A stretch of DNA of 64,000 nucleotides from Eledone cirrhosa (lineage: Eukaryota): positions 155,868,001-155,932,000 of the forward strand of contig OZ024740.1 of NCBI GenBank assembly GCA_964016885.1, given 5' to 3'. The position numbers and the translations under genes are program-made. This document shows, one piece after another, positions 28,550-42,641 of this stretch. Numbering within the stretch: the stretch's first letter is position 1; the number at the start of each line of letters is the position of its first letter. The notes beneath the pieces are model-generated. The model was given only the letters and a program-made list of their open reading frames with translations, searched no databases and was not told where the DNA came from.

Positions 28550-28556
<7 letters not shown>
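28021..28556. mobile_element. Palindromic solo pair of the Naiad pseudo-LTR end, with HHRs at 28171-28225 (-) and 28451-28505 (+)
   Basis: Both arms match 20870-21190. Inversion point at ~28335. Confidence 0.88.
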
Positions 28557-28600
<44 letters not shown>

Positions 28601-28601
<1 letters not shown>

Positions 28602-29040
28602 TAGCAGAGGTACCCGGCGTTGCTCGGATATTAAATAACAGTTGTGTATACCATTTATGTCAATACTTCAGTGCTGCTTCGAAAACTATACTTTTACAAA
28701 ATCATCCGCTTTTTCCAAAAGGGGGTTCCTGCCCCCAGGGGTCCCCTACCCAATATGTGCCAATTCTGAGAGTTCACATTCATCTGTCGGACAAACATAG
28801 CCCATGTGTCAAGTTTTGTGAATATCGGTTGCGAACTCCAGAAGTTATGACGTTTTGTTGCATTGCACTGCAGTGCTTCAGTCGACTCCAAGGAAGTGGT
28901 TAAAGTGGTTAAAGGGGTTATCTGGCGGGGAGCCCTATAATCAATATCTTGAAAAATGAGTGCCCATGACCATCCGGAGTACATAAGTAACCTATGTCTT
29001 AAGTTTGGTGAAAATACTGTAGAAATGCATAAGATTTATA
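28601..29040 (-). mobile_element. Non-autonomous Helitron 3' portion
   Basis: Minus strand ends ccgagcaacgccgggtacctctgCTAG-t, with the same terminal hairpin as the Helitron at 10654-11875. The far boundary is uncertain. Confidence 0.65.
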
Positions 29041-29989
29041 CATACGCGCGTGCGTTCGTGTGTGTGCGTGTTTGTGTGTGTGTGTGTGTGGGGGGGGGGG
29101 GGGGTGTATGTATTTGTGTGTGCGTATGTATGTGTATGTCCGTCGGGGCATACGTATGTACTGGCCTAAATCTTCACTATTTACTTTTACTATTTTAATA
29201 ACCTGTCATTTTCGTTTTCAATTTTATTTACATCATTCTTAAACTCCGGGGCTGGAAATCATTGTTATTTTAAATAGAATATTAGTCCAACGACTCCATT
29301 TATACCATAAACTTGGTCTTGTCTTTGCATGAAATTGTTCTTTACGCTCCACATAACGATGTATTTTCTCGCTTTTTTCCCGTTCATTGCCAGGGAACGT
29401 CTTCACGAACCAAAATATCGTCTTCCTGTTTTCGTTCGGTTGCAACATTTCTCGAAATATTTACTTCTGCGTTCGCAGATTACTCTCAGTTCAATTTGAA
29501 TGGGAAATTCCTGTTTCATCGATTTTCTCCGTAACCATGGAAGCTTGTAGTAGCCAAAAGTTTATTAACAGCGAAATAACGTTGTCTTTGATATGTTATT
29601 TTAAATAAGACAATGAATTGAAAAATACTACTTACTGTTAGTGGTGGTTAACATGTATTAGAAATAAAATGAAAATGATATCTGAAAAAACGTACTTGAG
29701 AACATGACTCTCTTCTTCGCAATTTAAGGGTTTTATTTCTTTTGATGGAAAACAGCGACTGTTTTCGGTTTGGCATTTCGTAAAATGGTACTGTAGAATT
29801 GATTTCATAAAACGGTACTGTATGATAGTTTACACTTTGATTGCCCTGGTCAGCAAGAGGGGCCTCTATATATTAGATATTTATTAGAAGAGGGGGAAAT
29901 AACTAACCCCAGTATTAGAACAGGGGGAAATAACTCATCGAACGCGATAGTTTTGGGGCCCCAGAGACCACATTTTTCAAGTTAGAGAT

Positions 29990-30080
<91 letters not shown>

Positions 30081-30747
30081 GTAATAATAATAAATTTGAA
30101 GACTAAAATCCAAAGAGGGCTCGATAAGGATAAATATATATCAAATATATAAGAACCGTAGAGCCCAAATTTATTAAAATAACAGATTAAAGTTTAAGCA
30201 AAGAATCGCTGCTTTCACCCTTAACGGGATCTTCTGAAACTAACAAAGTCAATCTGTGAACGCAGAAGTGAATATTTCAAAAAACGTTGCAACCAGAGGA
30301 AGACAAGAAGACGATACTTTGGTTCGTGGAAACGTTCCCTGGCAAAGAATGGGAAAAAACGAATATAGTACGTCATTATTTGGAGCGGTGAAAAGCAATT
30401 ACACGCAAAGATAAAACCACGTTTATGGTATAAAAGAAGTTGTAGACTAATATTCTATTAGGTGGTTCATAGAGACGTTCTCTGGCAATGAACGGAAAAA
30501 ACGAAGATAATACGTCATATGTGGATCGTGGAGAACAATTGCATGCAAAGACAAAACCACGTAAATGGTATAACTGAAGTCGTAGACTAAAATTCTAACT
30601 AGGAAACCGAATGATTCTCGGCTTCAGAGTTAAGCATAAAGTAAATAAAATACAGAGGTAAAAGAAATTAAATAAATACATACACGCAATCATATACGTA
30701 CATACACAAGCATACGCGAAAACACTCGCCATAGATATACAAATACA

Positions 30748-30823
<76 letters not shown>

Positions 30824-31625
30824 GGTGTGTGCGTGTATACAAATAATTAAATAAACGTATATAAATAAATAAATACGTATATAACAAGCGCACACACATA
30901 CCTACATGTAAATACACATATGTTCGGAGACGTATGTAAACCAAAACACAAGGTACACATGTACACACACCCTACATACGTACGAACCCGCATACTCACA
31001 CAGACGCAAAACTCACGTATACACATAACCAAAAGCATATGTACCAGAATATATAAAATATACGCCATAACATATACAATCAAATATACGTACGAGAAAG
31101 TATACGTACCTTCACAAAATATACAGGTAATATATACTTACCTATAAAAATAAGTAATGGTATAAACATAACATATACTTAGCTACCACACCAAGACGTA
31201 AAATATCCGCGTATAGATCGTACTATCCGTTAGGGTATAATGTGGGGCTGTAATATAGGAAAGTTTTGTGCAATTTATGTTTACAAGCCGAAATTGCCTC
31301 AGATTTTTTTGTGTAAGATGTGGTCTGTGGCGTAGAGTATTTCCAGAGCCTCAGCGGCGCAGAGGTCACATGGTCTTTTATTTCCGTTATACGATCTAGC
31401 CCTAGCTAGGATCTCCCAGTGTAACTTATATTGGGTGTGGTTGTCTTTTAGACTCCAGATATAAGCTGAAAGTGACGTCATATTCCTTCTTAGAGGGTAA
31501 CGAAAAGAATGGGTATGGATGTAAAGACGCTCCTTGAATCTATTGACGGTTAACCCTATGTAGGCCCTACGGGACGTGGGTGTTTCAACCTTACATTTGT
31601 AGACAATGTTACTAGAGAGGCATTT
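30081..31625 (-). mobile_element. 5'-truncated Naiad-type PLE (GIY-YIG, 3' UTR, variant HHR at 30191-30241)
   Basis: NIVYKCKV..YIGLT..FKER..H..SF and TSLSAYIWSLKD..WEIL..CDLC.AE..SACKH at ~31250-31620. A diverged inverted UTR copy lies at ~29190-29500. Confidence 0.85.
30191..30241 (-). ncRNA. Type I hammerhead with variant CAGAAGA core
   Basis: agttt-CAGAAGA-t-ccc-gttaa-ggg-t-GAAA-gca-gcgattctt-tgc-TT-aaact. Confidence 0.65.
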
Positions 31626-31631
31626 TAATAA

Positions 31632-31677
<46 letters not shown>

Positions 31678-31988
31678 TAACAGAAACACCACTCTCCGAG
31701 TGATTTTCTTCTCGTGTAAGTATGAGTGTGCGTGTGTTTTGTAATGTAGCTAGCGATTTGTACAAATGTATGAAAAGGAAAACTACATGTAAATGATAAG
31801 CAGCCTATCAAATTTAATATAATGACAAAATGATGAACTCCTAACTTAATTAAACCAAGATGTGCAATTCATGATTAACCAGTAATACGCAGTGGCTATG
31901 ATTGAAACAGTCCAGCGCAGCACTTTGATGAGATTCACATCGTTACCGATTTTCGAATGAAACATTTTTAATCGACTCTCATATACAC

Positions 31989-32365
31989 CAGCGGTCGCCA
32001 ACCGGTGGTCCGCTTCGAGAGAAAATGTTGGTGGTCTGCAGAAAAATTTCAACATTATTTACAATTTTTATATTTTATTAATAATAAAACAAAAATAATA
32101 TTTGGTTAAAATATATTTTATAACACCCCTAAAAAATGTTTCTCTTCAGTAAACATCTAACACCCATGAAAGAATTTTACACATATGTATCATCTATCAA
32201 CAATATGACAAACGTACGCTTCAGTATTGTTTAATAAAATGGAAGTTCTCTGATCATTATTTTACAAATATATTTATCTTTTTGGAAAAATTCATATTAG
32301 TGGTCCGCGGGATTTAAAATTATGAATTTAGTGGTCCGTGAAGTCCGAAAGTTTGGCGACCGCGG
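31989..32365. mobile_element. hAT-superfamily MITE
   Basis: TIRs cagcggtcgccaa / ttggcgaccgcgg and an 8-bp TSD atatacac on both sides. Confidence 0.88.
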
Positions 32366-33444
32366 ATATACACCATAGCGACTTATCTAGGAAGGTGCTA
32401 TGTAGTGAATCGCTAAAACTTCTGTTATGATGTGCGAATGATACCAACCCGCAACGACATATTTCATTTTGCGGACCATTTACTTTAATATTAAAGTACA
32501 ATACTTATATTTATGGTAATTGTTGTTAGTGTGAGTACACAATGTGATTGTATATACATGAATATATGTAAATTGGGAAAATATACAAATATATTTCATA
32601 CAAATATACAATTATATGTTAGTTAAACATCGTGATCATATGTAGATTAATGAAACAATTAAAAATAATTTTTGACATATATCAGGAAATGAAACAGTGA
32701 CTTTAATCCACTCACTGGCATTTTACCAATTACGTAAAGATGCAAGGCAAAGTTGAACTGGGTAGTATCTGTATTCATACCGTTAAGGCATAGGGCAATA
32801 GATTGGTAGAATTGTAACAGTGTAGGACAAATTAATTTCAATTCAAATTCCGCCGAGATCAACTTTGACCTTTATCTTTCCAGAATCGATTAAATAAGAT
32901 ACCAGTCATGCACTGAGGTTGATATTATCAACCTTTCACCCACTAACTTGCTGATATTGTGCGTGAAGTAGAAACCAATTATTTTTAAATGGTTCATGCT
33001 GGTGGTTTGGTACAATTGTTAGAGCATAGGATAAGATATTTTGCATTCTGAGTTTGGGCTGTGCGGTGGGTAAGTTCGTGGGGTGGGGTAGATTGGTCAG
33101 TGATGGTTAAACTTTCTTCGTGATCCGATTTAAGACCATCACCTGATCTTTAGATGCTTTTATCAGAGCTTACTTTGATGCAAGCATGTGGGTCAGATCT
33201 CCAGTTTGCGAATAACTTCGCTGAGAACCTTAAAAATAAAGAATTAAGAGAGCTGACCCTGACAAAACCGTAAAAGCAAATTCTATTCGTATCCAGACTG
33301 TATTATAGAAACAATCGACCCCAGAGTTTCAAGGTGACTTTGGTGGCAATTGAACTCAGAGCGTAAAGGTCTGTAAATAAGTGTCACCGACTATTCTATC
33401 CATCGCTGTGTTATTTCTGTTTCTTTCCTCCTTGTTAATAAAAT

Positions 33445-33752
33445 AATTGTTTCTACTTTGGCGCAAGGCCAGCAATTACCCAGTGTATTACTGGTACTTT
33501 ATTTTATCGACCCCGTAAGGATGAAAGGCAAAGTAAACCTTGAATGATTTCTAGTATAGGTACAAGGCCAGTAATTTAGGGGCAGGGGAAAGTTGATTAA
33601 ATCGACCCCAGTGCATGACTGGTACTTTATTTTATCGACCCCGTAAAGACGAAAGGCAAAGTTAACCTCGGCAGGATTTGAACTCAGATCATAAAGGGCC
33701 GTAACTCTATGCTGCAAAGCATAGTGTCCGACTCTACCGATACTGCCAATCC
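33445..33752 (-). mobile_element. Two adjacent tRNA-derived SINE copies
   Basis: Same family as 19200-19386. An older opposite-orientation copy lies at ~32800-32980. Confidence 0.8.
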
Positions 33753-34169
33753 AAATAATAACAATAATAATAGCTGTATAAACGAGGATTTCGATATTGA
33801 TAAAAAAAAAAGTTAAAATTAGTTTTTAGAGTCATTTGAGCACCGATAAATATATATATTGTTCAAACTTATTTTTATTTTCCACTTATATCCAAGGCTG
33901 AGCGTTTTCCAGTACTGATATTCGAATTTCTTATGTTGTTGCTATATACAGACTGTCCGTAATCATAGTTTCTATCCGAGGCACTCAATTTTATATCTGT
34001 GGGGAAAAAAAGAAAATTTTAAATGCTGGCATATTCGTATATAAATTAAAAAAATAAATAAAAGCGTTGTGTTGTGTTGGTGTTGGTGTTGTTGTTGGTG
34101 TGTGTGTGGTTTTCCACTTATATCCAACTATAGATATGATATGTAAATTGAAAAGTAAATTGACAATAT

Positions 34170-34830
34170 CTTCTTCGTCCACTTATTTCTGAGAAGGTCG
34201 TGGGGGGCAGAGTCCTCCTCAAACAGTCCTTCCAGGGAGTCTGTCAGAAGCAAACATCTCTAACTGATCCAGCTGGATCCCAAAACGTGACCAGCCAAGC
34301 CCATGGATGTTATCCAACTATCTTGCTCGGGGTCTACCTCTGGGTCTCTTGTTGGTTGGTTTTGCCTGTAAAATCTGTCCAGCGATTCTTTCCTGAGACA
34401 TTCTAACTACACGCCCATAGCATCGGAACTGTGATCTCTCAATCGAGAGAGTAGCGGCTCTACCAGGAGTGACTTTCTGATCTCTGAGCTATGCCTTTTA
34501 TCGAATAACATTACTCCAAAGATCCTTCTGAGGAACCCCGTTTCAGCCGATTGTATTTGCAATTGTATTCTTTTGGTCATTACCCAATATTCACAACGTT
34601 CGGTACGGGTTGTCAGAAACACCAGGAAGATAGTGTTTGACTTTTACACCTACCTCCCTTCTTCTGATTACTGAGTGCTGAAGCTGGCGCATTACTGCCT
34701 CAGCTTTTGCAATTCTTGCACTTAATTCAGCCTCCTACCTTCCATCACTCATGAACTCGGCCTTGAGATACTTGAACTGCTTCAGTGAAACTCCATTCAC
34801 ATGGATATAAATTTGAGCGACTTCTGTCCA
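34170..34830 (-). mobile_element. Degenerate RTE-clade LINE 3' fragment
   Basis: LKQFKYL..F.SDG and CEYWVMT..IQSAE.GFLRRI.G..DK..SSEIR..L.VEPL are typical of the RTE ORF C-terminus. Confidence 0.75.
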
Positions 34831-35049
34831 CCGGTCCATCACACAATATGTATGCGTGTTTGTGTGAATGTATGTGTGTATAAAAAGAAAGAAGGGGATA
34901 CACACATATATGTCTAACTTAAAAGCGGTGACACACATACACACACACAGACACACATATATATATATATATATACATATATATATGACACACACACACA
35001 TATATATGACACACACATATATATGGCACACACACACACACTGTCATAT

Positions 35050-36010
35050 TACCACTGAAGAGCTTTGGCTCGGGTAAACATCTCAATTTTGGAACCGTCT
35101 GGGTTGTCCAGAACTGATGGGGAAAGACCTGACGATCTTACCATGTGCCCCTGGTCAAGAGGCAGATGCCATGTCTGGGACATCACAGTTAGTAACTCTT
35201 TTGCTTCTTCCCACACCCTGGATGCAGCAGTAAGGGCGAGAGCCACTACATCCACAGCTGAACAGAACAAAATCCTAAAATACCGTGATCTGTTGGCTAA
35301 CTACATTTTCCAGCCTGTGGCGTTCGGAGACGTTCGGGGGAGTCAGGCTATTGACTGCGAGATTCTTAGTTTCACTGGTGGATCGCCTAACACAGGTAAC
35401 TAGTGAAGCTCGTGAGGGCGCTTGGTTATTCCTGTACCTCAGCCTCGCCTTCACTTGTGGTAACGCTGCGAGTGTGCTGGCTTGCCTAAAACATTATTAG
35501 AGAGGTTTCCAAGTGCTCCCCGCGATATTGTTATCTTTTGCTCTGGTAGTAGCTCGTTTGTCCACCCCTTTCGCCTGCCTTTTGTTGTATGTGGTCCTAG
35601 ATGTGAGTATTACCTACTTGTGTATTGTATGTGGTCCTAGATGTGTGTATTACCTGCTTGTGTGTTGTATGTGGTCCTAGATGTGTGTATAACCTGCTTG
35701 TGTGTTGCATGTGGTCCTAGATGTGTGTATTACCTGCTTGAATATTACCTGCTGGTGAATTTGAGGAGGAGTGGGATGCCCTTCCCGGGTGCCCTCAAAG
35801 CGTCGGGTGGTTCAGGATTGGTGGGGTACCTGAATCAACCCTTTGTGGTTATCCCCCCTATTGGGGAATTTTGATTGTTGTATTTTTCTTGTTTATTGTT
35901 ATTGTTTTCCTATTTTTTACCCGATTTTTATGTAAAACCCCCAGTGTCCCAGTCTATTGTATTGTCCCCTATATGTCGGCCCTTGTGGCCAATAAATGAA
36001 ACCGTTATTA
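35050..36010 (+). mobile_element. 3' fragment of a CRE-type RLE non-LTR retrotransposon, with 4 x 40 bp tandem repeats in the 3' UTR (~35585-35745)
   Basis: LEP.GL.R.DG.RPD.LT..PW..G....WD.T and AE..K..KY..L...F.P.A form a restriction-like endonuclease pattern. AATAAA near 35991. Confidence 0.8.
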
Positions 36011-36020
36011 ATAGTAGTAG

Positions 36021-36058
<38 letters not shown>

Positions 36059-38667
36059 GCAGTAGCAGTAGTGCAAACTCTTTTTGTAGATGTACCAGAC
36101 TGTTTGCCGAAAGGCTTCGCGGTTGAATGGCTAGATCATCAGGGGGGTGGTTTGTCCTTATAAAATCCACTAGAAATTACAATCACATTATCGACTAGAT
36201 GATCCGCTATTTTTCAGATAACTAACAAATAAGTCGTCCCCTGGTTGACAGATATATTTAATTTGTCAATCGGTGAATTTGGACAATTCTTTGATTAAGG
36301 TGACCTATTGATGGTTGTGATGCCAATTTCATAGTACTGTATCCTGAAAGTCGCGATAATCATGCTTGCTGACAGACATACACCCCTCTCACATATCGTC
36401 GACAGATATACTTCTACCTCCTCTTAACGATTATTCCATCTCAAGCTGAGCAGGCAGATACACTCGGATGCGCACATAGACGCACTCATGCATGTACACA
36501 CTCACTAAGCTAGATATCTACATACACGACCACTCCCTAAACACATAAAAATGTTATATGGAAGTGTGTGTCTGCATCTGTATCTATAAAATATGATCAA
36601 TTCTTTCTAAAACACGCCTATGAAGAAAATTTACAATTGGATGAATAATATATACCCTTATATGGACAAACCACACCTTTGATGATACAGCCAGTCAGCC
36701 ACGAAGCCTTTCGGCAAACTGTCTGGAACTAACTGTTGAAACGTCTATAGCTCAGCTGTTAGGTCCCGATTCTTTATAATATAGCCACATCTACTACCCC
36801 AATTTGAAACTACTTAGACCATTACTCAACTGAGTACTCGGTACTAGTTGATTTAAAGCTCAATGCAGTGGGGGTCCAGCAGAGCTGTTATACATAATTT
36901 CAACACTAAAGATTCAAAGCATTATCAAACTAACAAATGATCCTGCCGGCATAGAATTTCAACGATTGGGTTATAATTTCATAATTTAACGCATAGGTTT
37001 CAATTCAGGACCGGTATCATCCGAGGTTATTAAACTCTTCATTAATATTTCACACATAAGTAACAATTCATTACATTAAAGCACTCATTATGGTAACAAT
37101 TTACAGAAGTTTCTAAAGTTTCAAAAACACAATTCAAAAATAGTTCAAGTATGGCAATGATGAAGAGGTGGCTATGTTTGTGTGAGTTAGAGAGAATCTT
37201 ATTTTGAGTTACAATTACAGGGAATCTTATTTTGAAAGATCGTATTTAAAAGCTTAGAGTAATTATTAAAAGAAGTGTCTCATTAATAAAACCGTAGGTA
37301 TATATTTTGAGAAGTGCGATATTTATACTTATAATTTGGTTCAGAGGTAGCAATGGTTGCATGCAATTGGATATATTCAAGATTTAAAATTTAAGATTTA
37401 TTTAAACCACGCGTATCACGACATATACACGTGCTTTAATGTAATGAATTGTTACTATATGTGAAACATTAACGAAGCCTTTAATAAACTCTGATGATAT
37501 CGATCTCTACTGAGAGCATCGGTAGCCGGGTCGCCTCCATATCAATTCTTTGTTGAATTTTGCTATGACCCAGTAGGGATTACCAAAATAAATCTTGTAT
37601 GTTCATAACATCAGATGAAGTCGCTGATTGTCTTACGTTATGGTCTCTGACGTAAGCCGTCTACAGAAATGTGTATTATGTAATTATGAAACAAATCAAT
37701 AAATCAAGTTATTGCGAAGCATTTTAAAGCGCAACGGAGTATCGCTGCTTCTAGTTAGTTATTTCATATTAAAATGAGTGGAAATTTTCAAAATTGTCAC
37801 CGTATTGATAATATATTTTTGTTTTTCTCCAAAGATTTTCTTCCGCGAATTTATATTGTAGTTGTAATTTTCAGAATAATCTATTGTCTCTGAAGTTTAT
37901 TTTAGAAATTAAATTCAGAAAAGAAATTAAAATAATTGAATACGAAACATGAAAAACAATATGATTGTAATAAAGTACAATTTAGCTTGGCAGAACCCAG
38001 CCATTTCAAGTCAACCTTGAAAATACTAGATCTTTATATGTCAGCCTAGCAGAGAACATTTCTTTTCATGTCAGCTTTAAAAACCCTAGCCTAACAAGCC
38101 AGCTTAGCAAGGGATTCCATCTAACTGGTCAACATGTAAACTAGCTCTTCCCAAATCAGTCTGACAGAATCCAACTATCTCATAGAATTCAATCTAATTC
38201 AATCCGTTTTGCAGAAACCAGCTCTCTTACATAGAACCCATCCCTCCCAAAGTCAACCTCGCCTAATCCAATCAGTTTGGAAAACAAGCCTTCACCAATT
38301 CAGCCTAACAGAACCCATCTCTCTCCAGTACAACTTGGCGGAGCCTAGATCTCTTTCCAAGCGAACGTTCATTTGGATATTGGGACAATTCACTGCAAGT
38401 TAACGAATTACTCGTCAATATAGCTCTTTTCCTTTTATAAACGGTGAGCATTTTCCTTTTATTCATAATACTTATTGGCTGCAAATTCAAAGAGCCTTTT
38501 CTCATGATCATAAATTACTCCAAGATTTTGATTAGAAAAAAGAATCTCAAGCATTTCAATGATTATAATTAGAAAGGGTTACGGAACTAACACAAATTCT
38601 GAAAAGAGAGAGAGCACAAGAACATGGCTTGATAGATGTTAGTATTCTATTAAGGTCCACTATACTG

Positions 38668-38702
<35 letters not shown>

Positions 38703-38884
38703 CATAGAAGACCAAACTGTCGGCAGAAAAAAGTACCCACTTAGCAGTAAATAATATGTATAATCTTCGCACAAGCTTTTTTTCCAGCTGAGTAGATCGA
38801 AGTAAAGGACACAACGGGCCGCCGGGAAACGAACCTACGACCTTATGATCGCCACATGCCTTCACACTAAGACACATGCCTTCA

Positions 38885-39065
38885 ATATATCCATCATAAC
38901 TATAGTCATTCTAACTACATTCATCCAAACTATGTCCATCCTAACTATGCTGATCATAACTATATCCATTCTATGTCCACCATAACAATAAGCACTGTAT
39001 GTTCATTATAACTATATCAACCCCAACTATGTCTATTATAACTATATCGATCTTATTCCCATCAT
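38885..39065. repeat. Degenerate short-period minisatellite (ccatcataactat-like)
   Basis: Recurring taactat cores. Another degenerate repeat of ~40 bp lies at ~37980-38360. Confidence 0.6.
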
Positions 39066-39303
39066 AGCAATGACAGCGTTGAATTTTTTAACTTCAAATT
39101 TGGATCAATATTTACTTTCTAATACTTTTCGTCTTTTTATTTAGGAATAAAAGTGTTTTCAAGACCTACCGTTTGTGATGGAGTCAGTGCGCGACTCTTT
39201 TGTATTCTGTGAGAAAAATGATAAAAGAAAATATTTTGTAGAATAGACATCTCAAAGTACATGAAGTATGAAATATGTTTTCTTTTAATGTTAACTACTA
39301 CTA

Positions 39304-41760
39304 TCGTCCTTTGGGCAAGCGCCTGTTCCAAGCGTGCCGAAGGACGCCACGCCCCCTGCTCTCGGGTGCCTCCAATCCTCTACCCCCGAGGCTAGCGCTA
39401 AGCGTTTGCGTGACCGCATAAACGCTAAACTAGTCACGGGTGATGTCTCGGCCGCAGTCAGAGTGGTTGCCTCAGAAGACACTGTCCTCCAACCCACCGA
39501 GGAGGTCCTGGCTGCCCCTGCGACTCAAGCACCCTGAGCCATCCGCTGACCTCAAACCCATACCCCCACCGATACCCACTTGCTCCTTGTGGCTTCCGAT
39601 GCAAACATCATGTCTGCCATCAAGACCTTCCCGGTTAGCAGCAGCGGAGGTGCTGATGGTCTCCGACCTGGCCACCTCAAGGAGTTGCTATCCCGCCTCT
39701 CCACTGAGGCCTGGCGCCTCCTTTTGAGTGCAATTGTGGCACTCACCAATAGGTTTATCCATGGCGCCCTGGACCCTCACGCCCGACCTCTTTTTTTCGG
39801 CTAGCCTGATCGCTCTCAGGAAGAAAGAGGGTAGCATACGCCCCATTGCTGTGGGCAATGTCTTCCGGAGGTTGGCTGCTAAGGTGGTCTGCAGGTCCAT
39901 AACACCTGAACTGGGTGTCGGCGTGTCCGGTGGCTGTGAAGGGGCCGCACATGCAATCAGGCAGTTCTTCAACAGCTGCCCACCGGAACTGGCATCCAGG
40001 GACTCCAGGCACCTCATTGTCAAGCTTGACATGAGGAATGCCTTTAACTGCATACGCCAGGACCATCTGCCTGATGCCTGCATCAGCCAAGCTTCCTCTG
40101 CCTATCCGCTGGCCTACCTGTCATATGGAACCCCGAGCATGCTCCTTGCCACTGGGGTCCAACAGGGTGACCCTTTGGGCCCCCTCCTGTTTGCCCTTGG
40201 TATAGACCACATTGCCCAGAGTATCACGGCCCCTCTCAACGTTTGGTACCTGGATGATGCTACATTGGGCGGGCCTGTAGAGACTGTCTGCCATGACCTA
40301 CAATCGATGGTTCCTACCCTGGCGGGATCGGCTTCCAGTTCAACTCGTCCAATGTCAGCCACGATGCTGAGAGCTTTACAGCCTCCATCTCAGACGTGCG
40401 GTCCATTCTCCACCAGGTACAGGTAATACCCAAAGAGGATGTCCTCATCCTCGGGTCACCTATGCATCCACCGGCCATCTGCTCCACCATCAGGTCCAGG
40501 CTCCAATAACTCCAGAACCTCACGAGCCAGCTGGGATTGATCGACGGCCACCCAGCTCTCTTCCTGTTGAGGAACTGCTTCACCATGTCGAAGCTCCTCC
40601 ATATCCTTCGCAGCGCTTCGGGCTACAGCCACGCATCTCTCCTCGATGACCTCGATACTTGTATCCGAGCAGCAGCCGAGGAGATATGCAAAGTCAGGTT
40701 TGATGACATTGGATGGCAACAGGCCACTTTACCTATCAGATATGGCGGCTTTGACCTCCGGTCCCCGATCTCCCTGGCTTTGTTGGCGTTTCTTTCGTCG
40801 GTAACCTCATGCCGCGTCCTCGTCAGCAGGGTTCTCCAAAACACAATGGCACCCTCTGTGGTCAGGGAACGTGAGGCCGCCTGTGATACGTGGGACCGGC
40901 TGGGACTTAGCCCAGTAGACGTCCCTCCTCCTGCTCCCCCTGCTGACGTCAAGTCCAAACCCCAAAGTGGTGCCCGACTTCATGTCTCACCCTCTTTCTC
41001 CACTGGTATGCATCTGGATAACGATAGCATGCGCATCGGCGTTTCCTTGAGGCTTGGCCCTCGGATCTGCGAGCCACATAAATGTCGCTGTGGATCCACC
41101 ATGGACTCTTTCGGCCTCCGCCCGCTTTCCTGTCATCACAGTGCCGGCCGCCTTCGACGCCATGCTGCCCTCAACGAGGTCATAAAGCATGGCTTGGACG
41201 CTGCAGGCTTCCCCTCCCAGCTTGAGCCGGTGGGGCTGGACCGAGGGAACGGTGAAATACCAGACGGTATGACCAACTTCCCGTTCCACGGTGGTAAACC
41301 TCTCGTCTGGGATGCCACTTGCAGCGACACTTTCTCCAGCCGCAACCTGGTGCAGTCTGCGATTAATCCAAGTTTTGCTGCGACGTCGAGCTGAGGAGGC
41401 CAAACTCTCCAAATACCGGTCGCTCTCCGACAGGTTCGCGGCCGTGCCCTTGGCAGTGGAGACCTCTGATGTCCTTGGCCCTAGGGCTACCTCTCTACTC
41501 AACACCATTGGCTCTGAGCTGGCTAGCCGCAGGTGTGAGCCTTACGAGCTGGAATGGCTCTTCCAGCGCATATCCCTTACCATCCTCCGGGGAAACACCT
41601 TCTCCATTCTGTCTGCCGGGGCTGTGGGGAAGCCAGCATGTGGGACCCCATTTGCTCACCATACGGAGAGATGGGGAGGGTGAGAGAGATGGAGCCGATG
41701 ACAGTGGGAGTTCGGCTCTTCCACGTTAGGACCATATCCTTGTGGTTGAGTTCATTAAGC
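39304..41760 (+). mobile_element. Disrupted CRE-type non-LTR retrotransposon (RT, Zn knuckle, RLE)
   Basis: SSGGADGLRP.HL, RPIAVG..RRLAAK, KLD..NAFN, GVQQGDPLGPLLF, WYLDD.TLGG, QATLP...GG, CRCG..SC..RH, PDG..WDAT. Confidence 0.9.
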
Positions 41761-41819
41761 AGCTAATTTTCTTTTTCTATAGTTTCATACACGGAGCGTA
41801 GTTTCATTCCCATATTTTC

Positions 41820-41866
<47 letters not shown>

Positions 41867-42354
41867 ACGCATATACACACACAGTAGGTAGTGCTGTTGA
41901 ATTTAATGTCAGCTCAATCACAATGAAACGCGTATAATCAAAGATGTTCCAGTTGTGACCCAACTCACTTATTTTTTACTTCAGGCATTCAGTGTATTAT
42001 ACAATTTCTTTTTAGTCTTCTAAGAAGCTAGGGTGTTATCATGTATTTTTAAATAATCAAAATTGTAACCATCCTCTACTAAATGAGGCAGATGAGGTTA
42101 ATATTCAACTCAAATATCAGTAGCTTGATATCTAGAGGGAAAAGGCTGAATGGACGGAATTCTAGTGGTTTACAGTCCTAGGGACGAAGGATTGGGCAAC
42201 TGTTTAGTAGAGAACCTGGAAAAGAAATCACAGTATGTGTAGGTTACACTAGAGTGGAGGCCTGGTGCGTAAGATGGCATGGGTCTACAATTCTGAGGGA
42301 TGCCTACTTCTTTCAAGTTTTTGTTCTTTTATTCTGTAAGTACATCATATACAC

Positions 42355-42641
42355 CAGACGTTGTCAAAGTGGGCGCTACCTCCGGGGGCGGTAGAGATGA
42401 TATAATAGTATATTAAATATTAAATGATACATGTATATAAATATAGTAAAAGAAAAAATGTATATGTATTTATAGATAATATATATTATATTATTTATTA
42501 TATATAAATTAACGATTTAATTTATTATATATTATTTACAATTTGCATATAGGCAGGTCTCTCTGGAAATAGGGTTAGGGACACTGAGGGTATTACGTGG
42601 CCGTTGGGGTGGCGGTGGCCCAAGAAGTTTGAGAACCTCTG
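42355..42641. mobile_element. hAT-superfamily MITE (older)
   Basis: Imperfect TIRs cagacgttgtcaaa / tttgagaacctctg and an 8-bp TSD atatacac on both sides. Confidence 0.75.

Noticed and set aside
37490-37680. CTGATGA plus hairpin at ~37490 and CAGATGA..GAAA at ~37612-37680
   Set aside because: The first lacks GAAA and the second has poor stem II closure. Both are single copy.
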